DNA of 64,000 bases from Thermoanaerobaculia bacterium (GCA_963821225.1 CAWGCY010000004.1:867029-931028); one strand, 5' to 3'. Positions 28,615-38,914 are shown, counted from the stretch's first letter. A program made the numbers and translations. Notes: generated from the sequence alone by a model not told the origin.

Positions 28615-30576
28615 GTGGTTTCCTTTCGCGGCCGTACGCTCTTTCTGACAGAGGACGCAGGACTTCTGGCGGGCCAGCTCGCGGGCGCGGATCTCCGGTG
28701 GGATGCGAACGACCCCGCGCAGAAGCTGCGCGACGACCTCTCGACCGACGAGATCACGCCCGGCTGGACGTGCTTCCATCACGACGCGGCGCTGGGACGA
28801 TTCGCGTATCTCGGCATCACGTGCCGGAACGGCGAAGGGCACGTGCAGCCCGTGGGAGAGGACGCGGTGCGCCGCGGGGGTTTCACCGTCTCGGTGGCCG
28901 GGCGCCGGCGCGGGAAGGGCTCGTCCCGCGAGCAGGCGCCCTTTGCCGAGCGCGCGGCGGGTATCCGCCTCCTCGTGGCCGAGAGCTTCGAGCGCATCTA
29001 CCGCCAGAACGCGATCAACCTCGGGATGCTCCTGACGACCGATTTCTCGATCCTCGAGCGCGTGCGGGAGGGCCGGGAGATTCCTCTCGCGTTCTTCACC
29101 GAAGGGGAAGACCCGATCACGCGGCGCGTGATCGAAGCGGGCGGCCTCCTTCCCTACACGCGGAGGCGTCTCGCGGGCCTCGAGTCGCCTCCGCCCGTCG
29201 GGACCTCGCCCCGGGGCATGACCCTCGTCGAGAATATTCTCGCGCGCCACGTCGTCACGGGCCCGGCGGCCGCTGGAGCGGGAGTGCCCGCGGTCCAACC
29301 GGGCGATGCGTGCTTCGTGCGGACCGACCTGCGCTTCTCCCACGAATACGTCACCCCGATGGCGGCCGAATGCTTCGAGGAGGCGCTCGGGAAGGGCGCG
29401 CTCGTGACGGATCCCGGCTCCGTCCTCCTCTTTCGCGATCACCTGTCCCTCCTCGGCGAGGTCATGCCGGAGGAACGCAAGGCGCGCGGCCTCCTGGCGC
29501 TCGCGGATTCCCTCGCGACGCGGCAGGAAGAGTTCGCGGCGGTACAGGGCATTCGGCTCCACGGAGCGGGCGAAGGCATCTGCCATTCCCTCGTTCTCGA
29601 ACGCCATGCTTTTCCCGGCCAGGTCGTCGTCGGGTCCGACTCGCACACGACGCACGCCGGGGCGCTCGGCTGCCTCGCATTCGGGATCGGCACCACGGAA
29701 GTCGCGTGCGCATGGCTCTCCGGCGACGTGCGCGTGAAGGTCCCGGCCACGATCCGCGTCGTCCTCGAAGGCACGCGGCCGCCCGGCGTCGCGGCGAAGG
29801 ACGTCATGCTCGCGCTTCTCGCGCACCCGTACGTAAAGGGCGGCGGCGCGATCGGAAAAGTGCTCGAGTACGCGGGCGAAGCGGTGGCGGCATTTTCCGT
29901 GGACGAGCGAGCCACGCTCACGAACATGGCGGCCGAAGCGGGGGCGTTCTCGGGCATCGTTGCGCCAGACGAGACGACGGCGCGATTCCTCTCCGAGCGG
30001 CGGGGAATTCCCCTCGCCGAGGCGCGACGTGGCTGCGAAGGCCTCGCGTCCGGAGAGGACGCGGTGTTCGATTCGGAGCTCGTCCTCGACGTCGGCGCGC
30101 TCGCGCCGAGCGTGGCGCTGCCCGGCGATCCGGGGAACCGAGTCGCGATCTCGGATCTCCCGACCCCCGTCTCCGTCGACATCGCCTATGCCGGGTCCTG
30201 CACGGCCGGCAAGCGCGAGGACATGGAGATGCTCGCGGCGGTTCTCGCGGAGGGACTCGCACGAGGGCAGCGTGTCGCGCCGGGCGTCGCCTTCTACATT
30301 CAGTTCGGGAGCCGCGACGTGAAGGAGTGGTGCCGCGAGAAGGGCTATATCGACCTCTTCTCGCGCGCCGGCGCCCGCCTCGTCGAGCCCGGCTGCGGCG
30401 CCTGCATCAACGCGGGGCCGGGGGTTTCGACGCGGGACGGGGAGGTCACGGTGAGCGCCATCAACCGCAATTTCCCCGGGAGAAGCGGACCGGGGCGCGT
30501 CTATCTCGGAAGCCCGTACGTCGTCGCCGCTTCGGCCCTTGCCGGCAGGATCACCGCGTGGAATCCCGGCGCCTGA
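28615..30576 (+). CDS. Aconitase/isopropylmalate isomerase-family protein, swivel (LeuD-like) domain fused before the LeuC-like domain
   Basis: N-terminal STDEITP, GKGSSREQA, SFERIYRQNAINLG; then MTLVENIL, DH, GICH, DSHT, GSCT, GCGAC, INRNFPGRSG. Confidence 0.88.
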   Translation: MVSFRGRTLFLTEDAGLLAGQLAGADLRWDANDPAQKLRDDLSTDEITPGWTCFHHDAALGRFAYLGITCRNGEGHVQPVGEDAVRRGGFTVSVAGRRRGKGSSREQAPFAERAAGIRLLVAESFERIYRQNAINLGMLLTTDFSILERVREGREIPLAFFTEGEDPITRRVIEAGGLLPYTRRRLAGLESPPPVGTSPRGMTLVENILARHVVTGPAAAGAGVPAVQPGDACFVRTDLRFSHEYVTPMAAECFEEALGKGALVTDPGSVLLFRDHLSLLGEVMPEERKARGLLALADSLATRQEEFAAVQGIRLHGAGEGICHSLVLERHAFPGQVVVGSDSHTTHAGALGCLAFGIGTTEVACAWLSGDVRVKVPATIRVVLEGTRPPGVAAKDVMLALLAHPYVKGGGAIGKVLEYAGEAVAAFSVDERATLTNMAAEAGAFSGIVAPDETTARFLSERRGIPLAEARRGCEGLASGEDAVFDSELVLDVGALAPSVALPGDPGNRVAISDLPTPVSVDIAYAGSCTAGKREDMEMLAAVLAEGLARGQRVAPGVAFYIQFGSRDVKEWCREKGYIDLFSRAGARLVEPGCGACINAGPGVSTRDGEVTVSAINRNFPGRSGPGRVYLGSPYVVAASALAGRITAWNPGA

Positions 30577-31055
30577 GGCCGCTCGCGCTTCTCGTCGCCG
30601 CGGCGACGCTCGGGACGGGCTGCGGCGTCGCGTGGAATCTGTGGGCGCGAGGAGATCTCGCCCGGGACGTCAAGATCCTGCTGGCGCGCCAGGGACTCCT
30701 TCCGAAGGACGTCCGGTGCCGGATGTTCGGGACGCTCAACTCCGGGGCCTGCTTCCTGCCGATGACCGCCGAGCAGGCGAAGATCGTCGTTCAGGGCCTG
30801 AAGCTGCGCGTCCTGGCGCCGACGGAGGACATCCGCGAGTTCCGCGGCGGGTGCTCGCAGACGCCGCCGTTCGACACCGGGTTCGTTCGGATGTATCGAT
30901 CGAGCGCGATGCGTCCGCCCGACCTCAGGCTCCGCGAGGGCAGGGGATTCGATTACCTGTATCTTTACCACCATCCCACGTCCGCGACGGCCTGCGTGCA
31001 GGTCCTCTACACGCCGGAAGGCGTCAAGCTCCCCGAGAGAACGATCGAGCGCTGA
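30558..31055 (+). CDS. Hypothetical exported protein or lipoprotein
   Basis: GTG 30558; hydrophobic LALLVAAATLGTGC (lipobox-like); several Cys. Confidence 0.55.
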   Translation: MESRRLRPLALLVAAATLGTGCGVAWNLWARGDLARDVKILLARQGLLPKDVRCRMFGTLNSGACFLPMTAEQAKIVVQGLKLRVLAPTEDIREFRGGCSQTPPFDTGFVRMYRSSAMRPPDLRLREGRGFDYLYLYHHPTSATACVQVLYTPEGVKLPERTIER

Positions 31056-31064
31056 GCCGGCATG

Positions 31065-31094
31065 AAAAAGAGGCCCCCGTCGTCCCGGGGGCCT
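31065..31094 (-). terminator. Intrinsic terminator of the S9 peptidase gene
   Basis: On the minus strand: AGGCCCCCG-GGACGA-CGGGGGCCT-CTTTTT. Confidence 0.8.
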
Positions 31095-31120
31095 GCGGAG
31101 GACCGGGGGAGGAGGAGCCG

Positions 31121-33094
31121 CTACCTGCCGACCACCTTCACGACCGCCGTCGAGCCTGGAATCCTGTCTCCTTCCATCGGCTCGAAGCGTCCCGCGAGGC
31201 AGCCCGCGAGGAACTTCTCGGACCGGGCGTTGAAGTCGATGCGGTTCTCGGGGCGCGCGAAGCCATGGCCTTCGTCGGAGTAGACGACGTAAGTCACGCT
31301 GCCCTTGTTCTTTTCGATCGCGTCGACGATCTGCTCGGACTCCTTCACGTTCACGCGCGGGTCGTTCGCGCCCTGCCCGATCAGGAGCGGCCGGACGATC
31401 TTGTCGGCCTTGAAGAGCGGCGAGGCGTTCTTGATCAGCTCCGCGTCCTTCGGGTCGTCGACGTTTCCCATGCGCACGTCGAACATGGCCCGAATCGGCT
31501 TCCAGTAAGGGGGAATCGAGGCGATGAGCGTCTTGATGTTCGACGGTCCGACGATGTCGACCGAGCACGCGAACTTTTCGGGGGTGAACGTGACGCCCGC
31601 GAGGGCCGCGTATCCGCCGTAGGAGCCGCCCATGATGGCGACCTTCTTCGGATCCGCGATGCCCTCCTTGACGGCCCAGTCCACGGCATCCACGAGATCG
31701 TCGTGCATCTTCAGGCCCCACTGCCGGTTGCCTGCGTTCAGGAACTTCTTGCCGTAGCCCGTGGAAGCGCGGTAGTTCGTCTGAAGGACCGCGTAGCCGC
31801 GGTTCGCCAGCCACTGCACGTACGAGTCGTAACCCCAGGTGTCGCGCCCCCACGGCCCGCCGTGAACGAAGAGGACCATGGGCAGGTTTCGCGCCGGCAG
31901 GCCGGCGGGCAGCGTCAGATACGAGTTCAGGTTCAGCCCGTCGCGAGACCGGATCACCACGGGCTTCATCTCGGCGAGGGCCAGGCCCTCGAGCTTCGGC
32001 TGCGCGGAGAAGAGAAGGGTCCCCTTCTTCGCCGCGCGATCCCACTTGTACCAGGTGACCGGGCCCCTGTCCGACGTGAAGGCGACGAGCCACGCGTCGT
32101 CGGCCGTCGTTCGGTTCACGATCGTGAAGTCGCCCGTGTGGAGCTTCGGGATGGCGTCGAAATCAGCCTGAACGGACGGATCGAGCACCTTCCACGAGGC
32201 CCGCCCCGGGGCGAAGGACACGGCTTGTGCGACATGGGTCTTCGGATGGATCACGACAGGACCCGCGTCCACGTCGGGAGAGACGGCGAGCACCTTCTCG
32301 GCTCCCGTCGCGAGATTGCGTTCGACGAGTCGCGCGGTGTCGCTGCCGATGGAGCTCTTGAGGAACGCGGACTTGCCGTCGAGCGAGAAGTCCTCGAAGT
32401 CGAGAATCTCGTCGGGTCCGACCTTGAGAAGAGTCTTCCACGGCCTCTTGACGTCGTCGCGCACGCGGATCTCGGTGCCGCCGTCGGGCGTCTGTACCTG
32501 CGCGGCGCGCACCTGGAACTTCGCGTCCGTTCCCCAGCCCGCCACGTCGCCCGGGTTCTCGGTGTCGAGCGTGAGGGCGCCGGTCTTCAGGTTCAGGCGG
32601 TGGACGTCCATGAGCTGGCGGTTCCGGACGTTCGCCTGAATGAGGACCTCGTCGGGGAAGTCGCGGTTGAGGTCGACGACGTCGGCCTGGACGCCCTGGA
32701 ACGGCGTGAAATCGCGCACGTTGCCCGAGGCGAGATCCACGCCGAAGACGTGGAAGTTCTCGTCTCCGTCGTTGTCCTGCCGGTAGAGGAGCGTCCGGTT
32801 GTCCTGGGCCCAGAAGTACTGGCGGATGCCGCGCTTCTTGTCGGCCGTGACCATCTTGTCGTCGTCCTTGCCGACGGTCTTGACCCAGACCTGCAGGACG
32901 TTCTTCTTGTCCGGCGCGAGCCACGCCAGGCGCTGTCCGTCCGGCGAAAGCCGCGGCTGGGCGCGCTCGGGGTTTCCGAACAGGATGTCGCGTGAAATGA
33001 GGGGCGGGAGCTCCGCCGGAAGGGGCAGGACGGGAAGGAGCAGCGCGAGCGTGACGGCGGCGCGCGCGCACCTCGAAAGCAGCGTTCTGGACAT
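31121..33094 (-). CDS. Secreted S9 family peptidase
   Basis: AGGAGG SD; signal peptide; SPDG propeller repeat, VHGGPW, GGSYGG nucleophile, NDPRV, DEGHG. Confidence 0.93.
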   Translation of the reverse strand: MSRTLLSRCARAAVTLALLLPVLPLPAELPPLISRDILFGNPERAQPRLSPDGQRLAWLAPDKKNVLQVWVKTVGKDDDKMVTADKKRGIRQYFWAQDNRTLLYRQDNDGDENFHVFGVDLASGNVRDFTPFQGVQADVVDLNRDFPDEVLIQANVRNRQLMDVHRLNLKTGALTLDTENPGDVAGWGTDAKFQVRAAQVQTPDGGTEIRVRDDVKRPWKTLLKVGPDEILDFEDFSLDGKSAFLKSSIGSDTARLVERNLATGAEKVLAVSPDVDAGPVVIHPKTHVAQAVSFAPGRASWKVLDPSVQADFDAIPKLHTGDFTIVNRTTADDAWLVAFTSDRGPVTWYKWDRAAKKGTLLFSAQPKLEGLALAEMKPVVIRSRDGLNLNSYLTLPAGLPARNLPMVLFVHGGPWGRDTWGYDSYVQWLANRGYAVLQTNYRASTGYGKKFLNAGNRQWGLKMHDDLVDAVDWAVKEGIADPKKVAIMGGSYGGYAALAGVTFTPEKFACSVDIVGPSNIKTLIASIPPYWKPIRAMFDVRMGNVDDPKDAELIKNASPLFKADKIVRPLLIGQGANDPRVNVKESEQIVDAIEKNKGSVTYVVYSDEGHGFARPENRIDFNARSEKFLAGCLAGRFEPMEGDRIPGSTAVVKVVGR

Positions 33095-33229
33095 CGAGAG
33101 GGGCCTCCTATTCCCGAGGTATACGTCGAATCGCCCTTTCATGTTTTGTCCCGTTCCATGGGAGAGGAACCTTCCCGGCTTTGCGGCGTACACCTAGGGA
33201 AATCGGGCACCGCCCGGGAGGCTTCGGAC

Positions 33230-34348
33230 ATGGGCAAGCTGTTGAAAACCCTGGTCGCGCTGGTCGTTCTCGCGGGGGCCGCCACGGGCGTTTACGCCTT
33301 CAGCCGCGGAGGAAAGAAAGCCGACGGCGGCATGAAGCTCGTCGACGCGCAGCTCGGCTCGATCACCGAGAAAGCCGTGGCGGTCGGCCAGATCCAGCCC
33401 CGCCAGAAGTTCTCGGTCAAATCCAAGATTTCGGGCATCGTGAAGGTCTGCCGCGTCGAGGTGGGCGACCGTGTGAAGGCCGGGGATCCCCTGTTCGAGA
33501 TCGCGCCCGACCCCACACCCCTCGAGCTCTCCGAGGTGGACCGCGCCGTCGATTCCGCCCGCGCGACGTTCCAGCGCGCGCAGCTCGATTTCGCCCGATC
33601 CGAGGAGATGTCCCGTCAGGGCATCCTCCCGAAGTCCGACGTCGACCAGAAGCGGGAGAGCTTCGAGCTCGCGAAGGTCGCCCTCAACAAGGCCGAGCAG
33701 GGCCGCGACCTCACGCGAAAGGGGCGGCTCGCGAAGACCGAGACGACCGGCTTCGAGTCGATCATCCGGGCGCCGGCTGCCGGTACGATCCTGACGCGCG
33801 CCGTGAACCCCGGCGACCCGGTCGTTCCGCTGACCTCCTATCAGCCGGGGACCGAAATGGCGACGGTCGCCGACATGGGGGACCTCATCTTCAAGGGCAC
33901 GGTTGACGAGATCGACGTCGGCAAGCTCCACGTCGACCTTCCGGCGCGGATCAAGGTCGGAGCGCTCCCCACGGACGTGGTGACGGGCAAGGTCTCTCGC
34001 ATCGCCCCGCAGGCGCAGCAGAAGGAGGGCGCGACGCTCTTCGACGTCGAGATCGAGCTGAACGCGAACCCGAAGATCACGTTGAGGGCCGGCTACTCGG
34101 CGAACGCGGACCTCATCATCCGGGAGAAGAAGGACATCCTCACGATCCCCGAGCGCCTGGTCCTCTTCGAGGACGGCGGCAAGAAGACCTTCGTCGAGAT
34201 CCCGGACGAGAAGGCGAAGGGCAGCAAGGTCGAGCCGAAGAAGGTCGAAGTGAAGCTCGGGATCTCGGACGGGATGAACGTCGAGATCCTGAGCGGCCTG
34301 AGCAAGGGCGACAAAGTGGTTCAGCGGCCGCCGAAAGAGATTTCTTAG
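33230..34348 (+). CDS. MacA-like periplasmic adaptor subunit
   Basis: N-terminal TM; VKSKISG, VEVGDRVKAGD, IRAPAAGTI, VDEIDVGKL, VKLGISDG. Confidence 0.9.
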   Translation: MGKLLKTLVALVVLAGAATGVYAFSRGGKKADGGMKLVDAQLGSITEKAVAVGQIQPRQKFSVKSKISGIVKVCRVEVGDRVKAGDPLFEIAPDPTPLELSEVDRAVDSARATFQRAQLDFARSEEMSRQGILPKSDVDQKRESFELAKVALNKAEQGRDLTRKGRLAKTETTGFESIIRAPAAGTILTRAVNPGDPVVPLTSYQPGTEMATVADMGDLIFKGTVDEIDVGKLHVDLPARIKVGALPTDVVTGKVSRIAPQAQQKEGATLFDVEIELNANPKITLRAGYSANADLIIREKKDILTIPERLVLFEDGGKKTFVEIPDEKAKGSKVEPKKVEVKLGISDGMNVEILSGLSKGDKVVQRPPKEIS

Positions 34349-34409
34349 CCCCCCCCTTTCACCGTCTAAGAGAATTCGCAGACCGAAACGGCCTGAGGAA
34401 ACGCGACAC

Positions 34410-35642
34410 GTGACGACGCTCAAGGAAGTCTTCCGCCAGCTCTTCCGCGACGTGCGCAGCCAGAAGCTGCGGACGTTCCTGACCGTGTTCGGGATCGTGT
34501 GGGGGACGGTCGCCGTGACGCTGCTCCTGGCCTTCGGAACCGGCCTCAAGAAGCAGATGATCAAGAACACGGCTGGCCTCGGGGACCGCATCTGCATCGC
34601 GTGGCCCGGCCTCACGTCGATTCCCTATCAGGGGCTCGGCAAGGGGCGGCGGATCCGTCTCATGGAAGAGGACATCGACGCGATCCGCCGCGAAGCCGAC
34701 GGGCTCGCCGGCATCTCGAGCGAGTACGACACCTCGATGAAGCTCCACCTCGACCTCAAGACGTGGCCCGTCGATGTCGGGGGCGTTTCGCCGGAGTTCG
34801 GCCGGATGCGGAATCTCATTCCCCAGAAAGGCGGCCGCTTCATCGACCCGACGGACATGGACGAGCAGCGGCGCGTCCTCTTCCTCGGCGACAAGCTCGC
34901 CGAGAACGTCTTCGGGAAGGAGAACCCCGTCGGGAGGACGGTCATGCTGGGGAACTCGCCGTTTCTCGTCATCGGAGTCCTGAAGCCGAAGCTCCAGGAC
35001 TCGAGCTACACCGGCCGCGACAACGACAGGGCTTCGATTCCGGGCACGACGTACCGCGCTCTCACGGGCGAGAAGTACGTGGACAACGTCATCTACCAGG
35101 CGAAGTCCGCGTTCGAGACGGAGCCGCTGACGGCCCGCATCCTGGAGATCCTCGGGAAGCGCAAGAAGTTCGACCCGAAGGACAAGGAGGCGCTCGCGGT
35201 CTGGGACACGACGGGGCAGTTCAAGTTCTTCGACACGTTCATGCTCGCGTTCACGGGCTTTCTCGGCATCGTGGGCTCTCTCACCCTCGTCGTGGGCGGC
35301 ATCGGCGTCTCGAACATCATGAACGTCGTCGTCGAGGAAAGGACGAAGGAGATCGGGATCAAGATGGCGCTCGGGGCGAAGCAGCGTTTCATCCTCACCC
35401 AGTTTCTCCTCGAGACGCTCCTCATGACGGCGGTGGGCGGACTCGTGGGCTTCGCGATCTCCTTCGGGATCTGCGCCGGCTTCCCGAAGCTCGGCTTCAC
35501 GGATTCCGTCGGCGTCCCCGAGGTGTCGCCTCTCGTCGCGGCGATCACGATCGGGATCCTCGGGCTCATCGGGCTGCTCGCCGGGTGGTTTCCGGCGCGC
35601 GAGGCGTCACGGCTGGATCCGGTCGTGGCGATGAAGCTGTGA
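34410..35642 (+). CDS. ABC transporter permease (MacB/FtsX type)
   Basis: KLRTFLTVFGIVWG, GGIGVSNIM...ERTKEIGIKMALGA, PAREASRLDPV. Confidence 0.92.
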   Translation: MTTLKEVFRQLFRDVRSQKLRTFLTVFGIVWGTVAVTLLLAFGTGLKKQMIKNTAGLGDRICIAWPGLTSIPYQGLGKGRRIRLMEEDIDAIRREADGLAGISSEYDTSMKLHLDLKTWPVDVGGVSPEFGRMRNLIPQKGGRFIDPTDMDEQRRVLFLGDKLAENVFGKENPVGRTVMLGNSPFLVIGVLKPKLQDSSYTGRDNDRASIPGTTYRALTGEKYVDNVIYQAKSAFETEPLTARILEILGKRKKFDPKDKEALAVWDTTGQFKFFDTFMLAFTGFLGIVGSLTLVVGGIGVSNIMNVVVEERTKEIGIKMALGAKQRFILTQFLLETLLMTAVGGLVGFAISFGICAGFPKLGFTDSVGVPEVSPLVAAITIGILGLIGLLAGWFPAREASRLDPVVAMKL

Positions 35643-36901
35643 CGGGCGGGCGGACCGTTCCGGTCGTCCTGACCCTCTTCACGCAGTCGTCCCGGCTCGC
35701 GAAGAAGCGCGCGACCCTGACGATCGCCGCGATCGCCTGGGGCACGGTGGCGATCCTCCTCCTCCTGTCGTTCGGCGAAGGGCTGAAGCGGCAGATGGAC
35801 CGCAACCGGCGGTCGACGGGCGAGAACCTGGCCGTCATGTGGCCGAACGAGACGTCGAAGCCCTGGAAGGGGATGCCGCCCGGCCGCCCGATCCGCCTCA
35901 CGACGGACGACGTGTCGTTCGTGGCCGACCGGATGCCGGAGCTCCCGGCCGTCATCGGCGAGGTCGTGTCGTGGCGCACCGCCATCACGTACGGGCGCAA
36001 GACCGTCAACGGGCGCGTTCTCGGCACGAACACGATCTACGGCGAGACCCGCAAGCACTATCCACAGGCGGGCGGGCGCTTCTTCACCGAGGCGGACGAA
36101 GCGGAGAAGCGCCGCGTCGTCTTTCTCGGCGACGAGATGGCGAAGGACGTCTTCGGAAAGGAGGATCCCGTCGGGAAGACTCTCCTCCTGAACAGCTCGC
36201 CGTTCACGGTCATCGGCGTGATGCAGCACAAGACTCAGATGGGCATCTACGGTGGGCCGGACCAGAACCACGCCGTGATTCCGTGGACGACGTTCAAGGC
36301 GATCTTCGGCCGGGACCGGCTGAACGTGCTCGTCATCCAGTCGCGGACGCCGGACGACATGGCGGGGGCGCTCAAGCGCCTGAACGAGATCCTCGGCGCG
36401 AAGTACGGCTACGACCCCACGGACGAGCGGGCGCTCTCGACCTGGAACATCGTCAAGACGTCACGGAACGGGCAGCGGGTCTCCCTGGGCATCGAGATCT
36501 TCCTGGGAATCATCGGGGTGCTGACCCTCTTCGTGGGCGGCATCGGCGTCGCGAACATCATGTACGCCGTCGTCAAGGAACGGACGCGGGAGATCGGCGT
36601 GAAGATGGCGCTCGGAGCGAAGGCGCGCTGGATCACGTGGCCGTTCGTTCTCGAGGGGCTCGTGTACACGCTCGTCGGGGGCGCCGCAGGCCTCGTCATC
36701 GCGGTCCTCATCGTCACCGGCCTCGGGCTCATTCCGGACGGATCGAATCGCGTGCTCGCGTTCCTCGGCCGGCCCACCCTGTCACCGCTCATCGCCGTCG
36801 GGACGGCGGCGATCCTCGGCGCGATCGGTCTGCTCGCGGGGTACTTCCCCGCGCGGCGCGCCGCCTCGATCGACCCGGCGGCGACGCTGCGCTACGAGTA
36901 G
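35639..36901 (+). CDS. ABC transporter permease (MacB/FtsX type), paralog of the preceding gene
   Basis: GTGA overlap; GGIGVANIM...ERTREIGVKMALGA, PARRAASIDPAATLRYE. Confidence 0.92.
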   Translation: MTGGRTVPVVLTLFTQSSRLAKKRATLTIAAIAWGTVAILLLLSFGEGLKRQMDRNRRSTGENLAVMWPNETSKPWKGMPPGRPIRLTTDDVSFVADRMPELPAVIGEVVSWRTAITYGRKTVNGRVLGTNTIYGETRKHYPQAGGRFFTEADEAEKRRVVFLGDEMAKDVFGKEDPVGKTLLLNSSPFTVIGVMQHKTQMGIYGGPDQNHAVIPWTTFKAIFGRDRLNVLVIQSRTPDDMAGALKRLNEILGAKYGYDPTDERALSTWNIVKTSRNGQRVSLGIEIFLGIIGVLTLFVGGIGVANIMYAVVKERTREIGVKMALGAKARWITWPFVLEGLVYTLVGGAAGLVIAVLIVTGLGLIPDGSNRVLAFLGRPTLSPLIAVGTAAILGAIGLLAGYFPARRAASIDPAATLRYE

Positions 36902-36918
36902 AAGGAGGAGGAGACGGC

Positions 36919-37644
36919 ATGTCCCGGAACCTCGACGCCCCCCGGTCCGCTTCGGACGACATCATCGTGATGGACGGGATCCGCAAGGTCTACGACACGG
37001 GAAAGGTGAAGGTCGAAGCCCTGAAGGGCGTGAGCTTCACGGTGAAGAAGGGCGAGTTCGTCGCGATCGTGGGGCCGTCCGGATCCGGCAAGTCGACGCT
37101 CATGAACCTGCTCGGCTGCCTCGACACGCCCACGAGCGGCGCCTACGAGCTCGGCGGCGAGAGGGTGGCGGGGCTTTCGCGGGACGCGCTCGCGGACGTG
37201 AGGAACCGCCGCGTGGGCTTCGTCTTCCAGAACTTCAACCTTCTCCCGCAGATCTCCGCCCAGGAGAACGTCGAGATGCCGATGCTGTTCGGCGGTGTTC
37301 CCCCGAAGGCGCGCCGCGCGCGCGCCGCGGAGCTGCTCTCGAAGGTCGGCCTCGGAGACCGGCTCGATCACAAGCCGACGGAGCTGTCGGGCGGCCAGAT
37401 GCAGCGCGTCGCGGTCGCGCGGGCTCTCGCGATGACGCCCGACATGCTGCTCGCCGACGAGCCCACGGGAAATCTCGACTCGACCTCGGGCGGCGACATC
37501 ATGGGCCTCTTCACGGAGCTTTGGAGCGCCGGAGGCACGGTCATCGTCATCACGCACGACATGACCCTCGCGAGAAGGGCGAGCCGCGTCATCGAGGTGC
37601 ACGACGGGCGAATCCTGAAGGACTCGGCGAGCGAAGCCGCCTGA
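36919..37644 (+). CDS. ABC transporter ATP-binding protein (LolD/MacB type)
   Basis: GPSGSGKST, LSGGQMQRVA, LADEPTGNLD, ITHD. Confidence 0.95.
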   Translation: MSRNLDAPRSASDDIIVMDGIRKVYDTGKVKVEALKGVSFTVKKGEFVAIVGPSGSGKSTLMNLLGCLDTPTSGAYELGGERVAGLSRDALADVRNRRVGFVFQNFNLLPQISAQENVEMPMLFGGVPPKARRARAAELLSKVGLGDRLDHKPTELSGGQMQRVAVARALAMTPDMLLADEPTGNLDSTSGGDIMGLFTELWSAGGTVIVITHDMTLARRASRVIEVHDGRILKDSASEAA

Positions 37645-37659
37645 TTCGTCAGGGAACTT

Positions 37660-38229
37660 CTACTTTTTACCCGACTTCCCGGCCCTCTTGCAGGTCTCCT
37701 CGTCCATCGCCATCCACTTGCCGTCGGCGCCCTGCCCCTCGCCCTTGTGCGTCATCTCGGTCTCGCTCACCTTCGTGAAGGTGTCGCGCGCGCCGCTCTT
37801 CTGCCCCATCATGAGACCCGTCCCTTCGAAAACGAGGGCATTCCCCTTCCACCCCTGCGAGGTCTGCGTGCACGACCCGCCCACGGAGTCGAAGCAGACC
37901 GAGTCGAACGCCTTCTGCGCCGAGTCGTAGCCGATGACCTGCAGGACGTGGTAAGGCATCGCGCTCGCGGGAGTCTTCTTCTCGTCGTAGTGGATGACGA
38001 GACGGAAGCCGTCCAGAGCCGTCTGCGCGTGAGCGACCCCGACGGTCGCGTGCTCCGGGCCGAACGGCGAGGCAAACGTCTTCCCGGCGCAGTTCCACGT
38101 GCCGGCGAGGTACGAGAGCTGGGCCATCTCGGGCGCGGGCTTCGGGGGGCCCATGGGCTTGTCCTCGGCGAGGAGGGGCGCCGCGGCGAAGAGCGCGGCC
38201 AGAGCGACCGGACGAAGTACGTTCTTCAT
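37660..38229 (-). CDS. DUF1579-like secreted protein
   Basis: AAGGAG SD; signal peptide; 'PKPAPEMAQLSYLAGTW', 'GYDSAQKAF...FDSVG', 'DGKW'. Confidence 0.7.
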   Translation of the reverse strand: MKNVLRPVALAALFAAAPLLAEDKPMGPPKPAPEMAQLSYLAGTWNCAGKTFASPFGPEHATVGVAHAQTALDGFRLVIHYDEKKTPASAMPYHVLQVIGYDSAQKAFDSVCFDSVGGSCTQTSQGWKGNALVFEGTGLMMGQKSGARDTFTKVSETEMTHKGEGQGADGKWMAMDEETCKRAGKSGKK

Positions 38230-38240
38230 GGAGATCTCCT

Positions 38241-38831
38241 TTACTTCCCGACCTCGAGCGTCTTGACGATGTTCTCGAGGCCGTTCTCGACGGCATCCTC
38301 CATCGTTGAGCCTTTCGCCTTGTGTCGGATCTCGAAGATCGTCTTGCCCGACTTGTCCTTGGCGATGAGCTCCATCCCCACGCCGGGATTCGCCGCCCAG
38401 CCACCCCACATGCGGGCGCCGCCGCTCGGCTCCCAGGCATTGAAGACATTCCCCTCGATCCGCAGGTCGCCACCGTCCTTCACGACCTCCCAGCCGAGCT
38501 TCTTGGACCTCTTGATCCACTGCTCCAGGTATTCGGGGCCCGACTCGGCCGCGTGCTTGCTGCGCGAGTGCTTGTTCGTGGTGCCCCATGTCTTCAGCGA
38601 GACGGTCTTGAACGACTTGAGGTTCACGCCTTCGGGGAAGTAGACCCAGTCGGCCTCCTTCCCCTTCGTCAGCTTGTCGTAGTTCTTCAGGTACTCCTGG
38701 GGTTCGTCGCGCTCCTTCGCATCGTCCGACTCGGTGAACTTCTTGGAGCTGGCCGCGGCGGGAACGCTGACGGCGAGCGCGAAGAGCGATGCGAGCGACA
38801 GCAGGGCGTAGCGGCGGGTGATCGTATACAT
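38241..38831 (-). CDS. Hypothetical secreted protein
   Basis: GAGGAGG SD; signal peptide MYTITRRYALLSLASLFALAVSVPAAA; 'PSGGARMWGGWAA' loosely resembles DUF4410. Confidence 0.7.
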   Translation of the reverse strand: MYTITRRYALLSLASLFALAVSVPAAASSKKFTESDDAKERDEPQEYLKNYDKLTKGKEADWVYFPEGVNLKSFKTVSLKTWGTTNKHSRSKHAAESGPEYLEQWIKRSKKLGWEVVKDGGDLRIEGNVFNAWEPSGGARMWGGWAANPGVGMELIAKDKSGKTIFEIRHKAKGSTMEDAVENGLENIVKTLEVGK

Positions 38832-38914
38832 GGTCGGACATCCTCCTCGTGATGGTTGTGGTTCCGCTGGCAAGGCGATTGTAGAGGCAACTCCGCGGTC
38901 GACGCCACCGGCCA

